From Sulfurovaceae bacterium (GTDB taxonomy: Bacteria > Campylobacterota > Campylobacteria > Campylobacterales > Sulfurovaceae), in the NCBI GenBank assembly GCA_041654415.1, contig JBAZDL010000003.1, positions 151,601 through 215,600 on the forward strand: DNA of 64,000 bases, written 5' to 3'. The notes below the pieces were generated by a model. It ran no database searches. It was not told the DNA's origin and worked only from the letters and a program-made list of their open reading frames with translations. A program made the position numbers and the translations under genes. Below are positions 49,058 to 56,404 of this stretch, one piece after another. Numbering within the stretch: the first letter of the stretch is position 1; the number at the start of each line of letters is the position of its first letter.

Positions 49058-49116
49058 TGTATCGAAATTTCGTTAGTTAGTAAATGATTTGATGATAAAA
49101 ATTGTGTGATTGTATT
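49058..49116. repeat. repeat B, copy 2
   Basis: See copy 1. It is separated from repeat A copy 2 by only 26 bp. Confidence 0.8.
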
Positions 49117-49184
49117 TGTAATTGTAGGCAGTGAGGGATTCGTACTATCCAATTTGATGGTATATAAATGAATATCTATTTATT

Positions 49185-49208
49185 GTTACCGTAAAAGTTA
49201 CTGTAAAA
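49185..49208. repeat. tandem 12-mers GTTACCGTAAAA / GTTACTGTAAAA
   Basis: Read directly from the AT-rich ORF-free region upstream of the replisome-organiser gene. Confidence 0.6.
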
Positions 49209-49411
49209 AATTACTTTTGTGTAAAAAACTAATATATATGAGAGTTTGTTTTAAAAATATACCTTATTTTAGTTAAAAAATTATCATTCTTCTAATCATC
49301 TACACAATTTCACAACATGTAAGTTTAGCATCTTGCTTTGATTTTTATTTTTATTTTAACGATTATTATTTTATCTTTCAAAAAACCATTAATATTAAAT
49401 ATATTCCAAAG

Positions 49412-49448
49412 ATATATTAAAGATATTTTAAATATATATTAAAGATAT
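49412..49448. promoter_or_regulatory. iteron-like direct repeats (2 x ATATATTAAAGATAT, 22-bp spacing)
   Basis: 49412-49426 and 49434-49448 are identical. They lie about 120 bp upstream of the replisome-organiser gene. Confidence 0.45.
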
Positions 49449-49508
49449 CTACTAATTAAATTAATTAAATTACCTTTTATATTATAAAAAAATATGCTAT
49501 CATTTCAT

Positions 49509-49538
49509 ATAAAACAATATAGTTATCTATTGTTTTAT
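49509..49538. promoter_or_regulatory. perfect 11-bp inverted repeat (ATAAAACAATA-8nt-TATTGTTTTAT), operator-like
   Basis: Read directly. It lies 28 bp upstream of the ATG at 49566. Confidence 0.5.
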
Positions 49539-49565
49539 ACAACACAAAAAAGGTAGTAAAGTCAG

Positions 49566-50300
49566 ATGGCAGAACGAAGAATGTTTAGTAAAAAAATAAT
49601 ATACAGTGATGTGTTTTTAGATTTACCGGTCGGTTCAAAAAATCTATACTTCTATCTACTTGCAGAAGCAGATGATGAGGGATTTGTGAATAGCCCTAAA
49701 AGAACTCAACGATTAATAGGAGCTACCGATGATGATATTAGATTATTATTGGCAAAAAATTTTATTATTTTGTTCGAGAGCGGAATAGTGGTTGTGACGC
49801 ATTGGCGTATACACAATTACATACAAAAAGACAGATTCAAGCCGACAACACATATTGAAGAAAAAGCCTTACTGTCGGTTAAAGAGAATAATGAATACAT
49901 TTTGGATACAGAATGTATTCAACTTGGACGCTTAGGTAAGGATAGGATAGGTAAGGTTAGTGTAGATAAGGATATATATAGCGAATTTTCTTTTTTAAAT
50001 TGCGATATAGGTATTTTCTCAGAAGAAGAATTTAAAGAATTGAAATCTTATCGCTCACAAATTAAAAAATCAATCAAAACACAAGAAACTATTGATCGTC
50101 TTTCTAAAAGCTTCCAAAAAATGTACGCTATTGGCTTTGACTTTAAAAAAACTTTACAAATAATGAAAGAACGTCAATGGCAATTAATTGAGCCTGATTG
50201 GGTACTCAAAAAAGCCAAAACTTCTAAACAGCCCGAAGTTGGAAGTTATGATTACTATTTGCAAAATAAACAAAGTGAGGTAATAGATGTCGAAGTTTGA
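49566..50300 (+). CDS. replisome-organiser / DnaD-like replication protein of mobile elements
   Basis: MAERRMFSKKIIYSDVFLDLP...YFYLLAEADDEGFVNSPKRTQRLIG...VVVTHWRIHNYIQKDRFKPT matches a family I know from phage and ICE replication modules. Confidence 0.7.
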   Translation: MAERRMFSKKIIYSDVFLDLPVGSKNLYFYLLAEADDEGFVNSPKRTQRLIGATDDDIRLLLAKNFIILFESGIVVVTHWRIHNYIQKDRFKPTTHIEEKALLSVKENNEYILDTECIQLGRLGKDRIGKVSVDKDIYSEFSFLNCDIGIFSEEEFKELKSYRSQIKKSIKTQETIDRLSKSFQKMYAIGFDFKKTLQIMKERQWQLIEPDWVLKKAKTSKQPEVGSYDYYLQNKQSEVIDVEV

Positions 50301-50841
50301 TCCTGTTTTGATTCTTGCAGGAGTGTTGGGGTTGGATACATCAACACCTAAAGATACACAGATGATAGCATACTGCTGTGAAGGCATTGAAGATATGTGG
50401 GCTTTTATAGACTACTGCAAAGACAAGTACAATGGCATAAGCTATGCAAAGCCAGCACAAAAACTATCTACTTTATCAGAAAATTATAAAAAAATTGAGT
50501 ATGAAGTAAAAATGAAAGAAAGATATAAAAAAATAGGTATTGAAGTCTCTTTGCTTATAGAAAAAATCAAAGATACAAAAAACTATATTAAACATGATAA
50601 TGCAAAATGGCAAGAGCTAAACATAGCAGGAACTAGTGAGTGTTATTTTTCAAACAAAGAGCAAAAACTGCTAAAAGCACTAGGAAGTGAAAAGTATGTT
50701 GTAGAGTTATTAGAGACACACAAGCTGGATGATGAACTTTTAAAAATTTGGAAGAAATCTTTAGAGCCAAAGAAAAGTTATGAACTATTAGACGCAAAAA
50801 TTAAAAATTTATTACAAGGAGCAAAAAATGACAACAATTGA
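50287..50841 (+). CDS. hypothetical protein (184 aa)
   Basis: Overlaps both neighbouring genes (translational coupling). No domain recognised. Confidence 0.5.
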   Translation: MSKFDPVLILAGVLGLDTSTPKDTQMIAYCCEGIEDMWAFIDYCKDKYNGISYAKPAQKLSTLSENYKKIEYEVKMKERYKKIGIEVSLLIEKIKDTKNYIKHDNAKWQELNIAGTSECYFSNKEQKLLKALGSEKYVVELLETHKLDDELLKIWKKSLEPKKSYELLDAKIKNLLQGAKNDNN

Positions 50842-51010
50842 CAAAAAATATTATCGTGCAAAAGAAGCTTGTATCTACTTAGGCATTAGCCGAAGTGGGT
50901 TGTGGTTATACGCAAAGCAAGGTAAGCTCGCTGCTATCAAAATCACAGATAGAGTTACAGTGTTTGCAAAAGATGATCTTGATAAATTTGTCGAAAATGC
51001 AACAAAATAA
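50828..51010 (+). CDS. AlpA/excisionase-type helix-turn-helix protein
   Basis: 60 aa. YYRAKEACIYLGISRSGLWLYAKQGKL is the HTH_17/AlpA pattern. Confidence 0.7.
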   Translation: MTTIDKKYYRAKEACIYLGISRSGLWLYAKQGKLAAIKITDRVTVFAKDDLDKFVENATK

Positions 51011-51017
51011 TTTGACT

Positions 51018-51048
51018 GAAACGAAAGTCACACACCCTGTGTGTCGTT
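51018..51048. promoter_or_regulatory. candidate oriT hairpin (CACACA-CCC-TGTGTG with imperfect extension)
   Basis: Stem at 51029-51034 and 51038-51043. It exposes a GTGTGT tract about 100 bp upstream of the relaxase-like gene. Confidence 0.3.
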
Positions 51049-51150
51049 CATTATTCGTTGCTTTAGCAACCGCTGATGACATTATTTCTTACAAAAACTT
51101 CGTTTTAGTAGAAATAACTCAGCGACCGCATGCGATAAAAGGAGTTTTAT

Positions 51151-52281
51151 TTGAACACAAGTGTTAAAATCAAAACATTTTCAAATTCGCAAATTTTAGC
51201 GAAACAACAATATATAACATCTCGAAAAAAATTTGGAGAAAATGAAATTTCAATCATATTCAACAACAACATAAATGTTCAAATTGAACTATCTGCTGAG
51301 CAAAAAAAAGAGCGATCGCAGTTGCAAAAGAATTTGCATATTTACAAAAAAAGATACAAAGAAGCGAGAGAAAAAAACAAAGAAAAATCAATGATTACGA
51401 ATTTGCTAAAAATTGACGACATCAATAATCAATTATCAAAAACAAGTTCACGAGCAAACAGAACAAACAAAAAAGAATTTGTAGAATTCACACTATCTTT
51501 GACAAATTTTGATAGTTGGAAAAATAAGCTTGATAGACAAAAATTTGAAAAAATCGTAAATGACTTTATGAATGAAAAATTCAAAGAGATAGAAAAAGTC
51601 TCAGCAGCTGCACATTACGACCAGCATAGTCCGCATGTTCATTTTTTATTGCGTATGAATTATATAACAAGCTGGAGTGAGTTTTGCAGAGAGAAATATC
51701 AAGTTAAGGACACAAGAGAGGCTTATTCGCGAATAAATCATGAGTTTCATAATTATATGAATATGCAATTTGAATTAAATCAAATGCAAAAAAACAGAAA
51801 ATACACATCTTTAAAGGAGTACAAAAAATATGGCAATAGATACCGAAGAAATACGAGCAACGAGGGGAATCAACTGGATCACCAAATGTATCTGCATCGA
51901 CTGCAAACACAGCCTGTGGACAGAAGAGTTGCTCACAGATATCGACATGAAAAGCGAAGCGACGAAGAAAATGGAAGAGATAATAAATCAATACAAAACA
52001 CAAAAACAGAGATTATTCGCAGAGCAAATCTCCAAAGAAGAAACAGTGAACGAATTGAACAAAATTTCTACGAGCGATTCAAGCTACTATCAAGTGAAAT
52101 CGACAACTTGCGAATGCATGTCGACAGCAAAAATAACATACAAGGAGAACCGGGACAAGCGACAAATTTTAATGCTGAAAACTTGCGAATTATTCGAGAA
52201 GAAAGTGTGACGAATCTTGTTCACGATGATAAAAAAGATGCAGAGCAACTCCCAAAAGTTTTTAACCGCAAAAGGCAATAA
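51151..52281 (+). CDS. MobV (Mob_Pre)-like relaxase
   Basis: AAHYDQHSPHVHFLL fits the MobV HxDExxPHxH motif (compare HLDEKTPHMH in pMV158 MobM, from memory). The N-terminal HxxR motif is not evident. TTG start. Confidence 0.5.
   Translation: MNTSVKIKTFSNSQILAKQQYITSRKKFGENEISIIFNNNINVQIELSAEQKKERSQLQKNLHIYKKRYKEAREKNKEKSMITNLLKIDDINNQLSKTSSRANRTNKKEFVEFTLSLTNFDSWKNKLDRQKFEKIVNDFMNEKFKEIEKVSAAAHYDQHSPHVHFLLRMNYITSWSEFCREKYQVKDTREAYSRINHEFHNYMNMQFELNQMQKNRKYTSLKEYKKYGNRYRRNTSNEGNQLDHQMYLHRLQTQPVDRRVAHRYRHEKRSDEENGRDNKSIQNTKTEIIRRANLQRRNSERIEQNFYERFKLLSSEIDNLRMHVDSKNNIQGEPGQATNFNAENLRIIREESVTNLVHDDKKDAEQLPKVFNRKRQ
51830..52210 (+). CDS. nested +1-frame ORF (126 aa) inside the relaxase 3' half, with its own SD
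   Basis: AAGGAG lies 9 nt upstream of the ATG at 51830. Both frames stay open for 381 nt. Confidence 0.3.
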   Translation: MAIDTEEIRATRGINWITKCICIDCKHSLWTEELLTDIDMKSEATKKMEEIINQYKTQKQRLFAEQISKEETVNELNKISTSDSSYYQVKSTTCECMSTAKITYKENRDKRQILMLKTCELFEKKV

Positions 52282-52287
52282 ATAATA

Positions 52288-52980
52288 TCAAAGTTTCTTC
52301 TGTCTGCTCTTGATCTGTGTGCTCTTTATGGGGCGAACACTTAAAAGGGTTAAGCCGAGATAATCGTTTTTTTTATCGCTTCGTTTTTTTCTATATTGTG
52401 GAAAAGATATAACTATTTTATCCGAAAAATCTTTTTCATCAATATCAAAAACCAATCCACCTAGAACATATGATTTTTCAATGAGCATTTTGTCATCGCT
52501 GTCATAAGCATTAAATCGAACCGATGTGGAAAAGGTATCAATATAATACTCATTGGCAGTATATTTTTTATTGTAGTCGTTAAATGTCTTTAGATCATTT
52601 GCTAAAATTTCTTCGATTGTTCTAGGATCATCTTCTTTGGGTTGATAGTCAAAAGCCTTGTTCTCTAAAGCTTGAATGATAGAAATTGCATCTATTGCTT
52701 TGACACTTTTTGCTTGTGATTCAAAAAAAGCTATTCTAGCCGTCTCCTTAGGTAAAAATATAGGCATAGAGCTTGTAATACTTCTTGGTATTTTTTCTTC
52801 CTCGTCTAATAGCTGTTTTAACTCTTTATCTATAATCTCAAAAACTTCTTTATATTGATAATCAAATGAGTATTTTTTACCATTGGTAAAATAAGAAAAT
52901 TGCATTTGTGATAATAATGCACCTATTTTATTTGCTGCCTCTTTAAAAGTTTTATCTTTTTTCATGAAATCCCTTGACAC
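52288..52980 (-). CDS. hypothetical protein (230 aa)
   Basis: Clean ORF convergent with the relaxase gene. No domain recognised. Confidence 0.5.
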   Translation of the reverse strand: MSRDFMKKDKTFKEAANKIGALLSQMQFSYFTNGKKYSFDYQYKEVFEIIDKELKQLLDEEEKIPRSITSSMPIFLPKETARIAFFESQAKSVKAIDAISIIQALENKAFDYQPKEDDPRTIEEILANDLKTFNDYNKKYTANEYYIDTFSTSVRFNAYDSDDKMLIEKSYVLGGLVFDIDEKDFSDKIVISFPQYRKKRSDKKNDYLGLTLLSVRPIKSTQIKSRQKKL

Positions 52981-53035
52981 TTTCTTTAATAGTATGATAT
53001 CCTATTATCACAATAAAAGTCAATAAAGGAATATT

Positions 53036-53644
53036 ATGGCATTAATTAAATGTTCGGAATGTGGAAAAGAGATAAGCGATAAGGCAAGCCAGTGCATACA
53101 TTGCGGATGTCATGTTTCGCCAAAAAAGTTATCAAATATACCTAAGTGCGAGGTTAAAATAAGCGGTGAAGAGAAGTTAAATAAAAATACAGCTTATCTT
53201 TATGGTTCTTTTATGCTGTTTTCCTTGTTATTTGCTGTAATAAGTTTTGGTGTAAGTGAGCATGGAAATGGTATGGGAGCCGCGATTTTATTTATAATAT
53301 CTGCTATTTTTTTACACAAAGGATATAAAGCTCAAATGAAAAAATATAAATCTTCAGAAAAGATATATGAATTTTTTAAATCCAGATATCCAATATATAA
53401 AGAATTCACTCCGAATATGGAAAATCTTGGTCTGATCACAGAAACTTCAAGCAGCAACGATGAGGCGATGTTTAATATATTTATGCAAGCATATAAAAAA
53501 GATGCAGATGGAATTGTTTTGAATAGCAATACAACTTCAACTCATGTATCAGGTGGCGGCAGTTATGCAAAGGGAAGAAGTTCAAGTGTAAGCAGTCATG
53601 TTTCTCATAATGCCATGGCAACAATTATCAAATTCAAGGAGTAG
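53036..53644 (+). CDS. zinc-ribbon membrane protein (two TM) with YbjQ-like C-terminal region
   Basis: CSECGKEISDKASQCIHCGC zinc ribbon and two hydrophobic helices. The resemblance of the C-terminus DADGIVLNSN...MATIIKF to the YbjQ fold is weak. Confidence 0.55.
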   Translation: MALIKCSECGKEISDKASQCIHCGCHVSPKKLSNIPKCEVKISGEEKLNKNTAYLYGSFMLFSLLFAVISFGVSEHGNGMGAAILFIISAIFLHKGYKAQMKKYKSSEKIYEFFKSRYPIYKEFTPNMENLGLITETSSSNDEAMFNIFMQAYKKDADGIVLNSNTTSTHVSGGGSYAKGRSSSVSSHVSHNAMATIIKFKE

Positions 53645-53647
53645 ACA

Positions 53648-54046
53648 ATGAAAACAAAAATACTAATAATCGGAGCGTTGATGGCAACTTTATCTTTTGG
53701 AGCTGGGTTTGATTGTAAAAAAGCTTCGACATCAACAGAAAAAGCTATATGTACAAATAAAAAATTGAGCGATCTAGATAGTATGGTTGCCAATCAATAC
53801 AAAAAAGCAATGAATTCTTTTAAGGGTTCTGATGAAAGCACTGGAATGTGCAGACAATGCGTATATAATAATAGTGGAAAATTAAGAGGTTGCGAAGATG
53901 TTTGCAACGATGCAAGAGATGGATTAAAAGACAATCAAAAAGAGTGGATTAAAAATAGAGATAAGTGTGTGGCAAATGTGAATTGTATTCAAAAGTCCAT
54001 GATTGAAAGAATCGAATTCTTAAAAGAACCATCTGACTTTATGTAA
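53648..54046 (+). CDS. secreted DUF1311/LprI-family protein
   Basis: Signal peptide, FDCKKASTSTEKAICTNKKLSDLD and QKEWIKNRDKC motifs. Confidence 0.7.
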   Translation: MKTKILIIGALMATLSFGAGFDCKKASTSTEKAICTNKKLSDLDSMVANQYKKAMNSFKGSDESTGMCRQCVYNNSGKLRGCEDVCNDARDGLKDNQKEWIKNRDKCVANVNCIQKSMIERIEFLKEPSDFM

Positions 54047-54100
54047 TACTTTTCAATGCTTTAAGCCACTGACAAAATAATAAAAATATTGCAAATTTTA

Positions 54101-54418
54101 CAAAACCAACTAAAGGATATTAAAAATGGAATCAAAAAAAGTAAATATCAGAAATGCAAATCCAATTACCGATACCGGATTTATACTAAAACATGGACAG
54201 AAAAAAGCTAGACTTCGAGAAATGGTAGAAAATGGTATAGTAGCCGGAGATGAGTTTTATGATTTGATAGCCGAACTGATCTATGAAGCGATATCTCTGG
54301 AGGAATTGAACGACATATTGACAAAAGCTGAAAATCGTCATTCATATGAGTTTGAGCAAGGCAATGCCGCTAAAGCGTTTTATATTGATGCCCTCAAAAA
54401 AGTAATTGATGTGGACAG
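54101..54418. repeat. 318-bp perfect direct repeat, copy 1
   Basis: Identical by eye to 54840-55157 (offset 739 bp). Covers the SD plus the first 97 codons of the 121-aa ORF. Confidence 0.85.
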
Positions 54419-54491
54419 GGTTATCGAGAAGCTTCATCAAATAGAAATTATAGATAATACAAAGTCCGTCAGTCAATTTTGTAATAATTGA
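54126..54491 (+). CDS. hypothetical protein X1 (121 aa)
   Basis: AAAGGA SD. Its first 97 aa are identical to X2. Confidence 0.55.
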   Translation: MESKKVNIRNANPITDTGFILKHGQKKARLREMVENGIVAGDEFYDLIAELIYEAISLEELNDILTKAENRHSYEFEQGNAAKAFYIDALKKVIDVDRVIEKLHQIEIIDNTKSVSQFCNN

Positions 54492-54522
54492 AAATTTGTA
54501 TAATCAATAAAAAGGATAGTGG

Positions 54523-54783
54523 ATGACAAAGATACAAGATCTGATTGATTTTGGAATCCCAAGAGCTTGTTTTTGTAGAACAAGCTTGGATGTAGAGACA
54601 GAAGATGATATTCTGATTATAGTCGGACTTACAAATGGCTATAATAATCGCATTCTCGATAAATTCATAGACTATTTTGGCAAGCAAAAAATAATAGATA
54701 GTTTGAATAAATATAGAGATAGGTTGTCAAATCCGTTTTATACCAGTCTAATAAAGGCATTAAATGAAAACAATAAACAATAA
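54523..54783 (+). CDS. hypothetical protein Y (86 aa)
   Basis: AAAGGA SD upstream. No domain recognised. Confidence 0.45.
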   Translation: MTKIQDLIDFGIPRACFCRTSLDVETEDDILIIVGLTNGYNNRILDKFIDYFGKQKIIDSLNKYRDRLSNPFYTSLIKALNENNKQ

Positions 54784-54839
54784 AACACTAGAGCTTTTAA
54801 GAACATTGTCACAAGAAGATATATTTATTACAAATAAAG

Positions 54840-55157
54840 CAAAACCAACTAAAGGATATTAAAAATGGAATCAAAAAAAGTAAATATCAGAAATGCAAAT
54901 CCAATTACCGATACCGGATTTATACTAAAACATGGACAGAAAAAAGCTAGACTTCGAGAAATGGTAGAAAATGGTATAGTAGCCGGAGATGAGTTTTATG
55001 ATTTGATAGCCGAACTGATCTATGAAGCGATATCTCTGGAGGAATTGAACGACATATTGACAAAAGCTGAAAATCGTCATTCATATGAGTTTGAGCAAGG
55101 CAATGCCGCTAAAGCGTTTTATATTGATGCCCTCAAAAAAGTAATTGATGTGGACAG
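54840..55157. repeat. 318-bp perfect direct repeat, copy 2
   Basis: See copy 1. Confidence 0.85.
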
Positions 55158-55209
55158 TGTAATTTTAAAGCTTGAAGAGAAAGAAAAAAGAGAAAAGGTT
55201 TTTGTTTAA
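54865..55209 (+). CDS. hypothetical protein X2 (114 aa)
   Basis: Its stop codon TAA directly abuts the ATG of the phosphoesterase gene. Confidence 0.55.
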   Translation: MESKKVNIRNANPITDTGFILKHGQKKARLREMVENGIVAGDEFYDLIAELIYEAISLEELNDILTKAENRHSYEFEQGNAAKAFYIDALKKVIDVDSVILKLEEKEKREKVFV

Positions 55210-56199
55210 ATGTCACTAATGAAAAAATCAAATATATATTTTTGTGGCGATACTCATGGCAGTATCGATCTTGCAAAGTTAGAGAATTTTTTTGATGACC
55301 ATAAGGATAAAATATCCAAAAATGACTTCATGATACAACTTGGAGATTTTGGTTTTATTTGGAAATCTTTGGATGATGAAAAACAGAGAGTAAGTTTGGA
55401 GTATTTAGCATCTCAAGATATTACTTTTTGTGTAGTTTTGGGCAATCATGAAAATTATAATGAGATAGAAAAGTTACCTAAAATCGAAAAATTTGGCGGC
55501 AAGGTAAGAGTTTTAAAGCTTACAGCCGGTGAGTTATATTTCTTTGAGAGAGGCGAGATTTACGATATAGCAGACCAAAAGATATTTGCTTTTGGCGGAG
55601 CTTTGAGTATAGATAAGAAACATAGGGTTTTAAATCAAAGCTACTGGAAGCAAGAGCTACCAACTCAGATGGAATATGATAATGCACTAAATAATTTAGA
55701 AAAGCATAACTTTCAAGTGGATATCGTAGTGAGCCATACTTGTCCGCGAGTTTTGATCGGCAACTTGGGGTTTGTCGATGCAAAGATAAATGATCCTGTA
55801 ACTGGTTTTTTTGATCATCTTTTGATAGATAAAAAAATACAATTTAATGAGTGGAGATTTGGCCATTTTCATGTAGATAGACATTTTAGATATGAAGATA
55901 AAATGTTTCAATGTCATTATAAATATATCACCGAGACCTTTAGTGAAGATATGTTAATAAAAATCGATACAAAAACATATTTTGGTTTATCTGTATATGA
56001 CTACAATGGCGTGCTGGGAGTTTTGATGTCAGATATAAAAACTTTACCATTTTTTGAGTATTGGCAACAATCAAGCTTGGGTAGCACTTGTATGCAAATT
56101 CAAAATGCAGATCAAGAAGATACCCTCGTGTATCTGCATGATTGGGTAAATTTTAGTAAATTATTTATTAAAACCGACAAACATAGGTTTATGGAATAA
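55210..56199 (+). CDS. calcineurin-like metallophosphoesterase with ~100-aa C-terminal extension
   Basis: GDTHGS, GDFGF, GNHENY, VVSHTCP and GHFH motifs appear in the canonical order. Confidence 0.8.
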   Translation: MSLMKKSNIYFCGDTHGSIDLAKLENFFDDHKDKISKNDFMIQLGDFGFIWKSLDDEKQRVSLEYLASQDITFCVVLGNHENYNEIEKLPKIEKFGGKVRVLKLTAGELYFFERGEIYDIADQKIFAFGGALSIDKKHRVLNQSYWKQELPTQMEYDNALNNLEKHNFQVDIVVSHTCPRVLIGNLGFVDAKINDPVTGFFDHLLIDKKIQFNEWRFGHFHVDRHFRYEDKMFQCHYKYITETFSEDMLIKIDTKTYFGLSVYDYNGVLGVLMSDIKTLPFFEYWQQSSLGSTCMQIQNADQEDTLVYLHDWVNFSKLFIKTDKHRFME

Positions 56200-56404
56200 A
56201 TTGCTTAACAATAAAAAAGATCAATGCAAAATCAATAAGCCAAAAAATAAGATATTCTAAAACTATAGCTTTATGACTATTTAGATAAAATATGCGTTAT
56301 CGTATGGTGGGTCTATTAATATAATATCATAAAATATTGGTCAAAAAAAGGTTTGGTATGTCATCAAAACAAGAAAAATTCAAATTTATCAAAGAGCAAA
56401 TCTT

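Noticed and set aside
49566-56199. Replisome-organiser and AlpA-like genes considered as evidence for a prophage
   Set aside because: No capsid, terminase, portal, tail or lysis genes are present. A MobV-like relaxase points to a mobilisable element instead.
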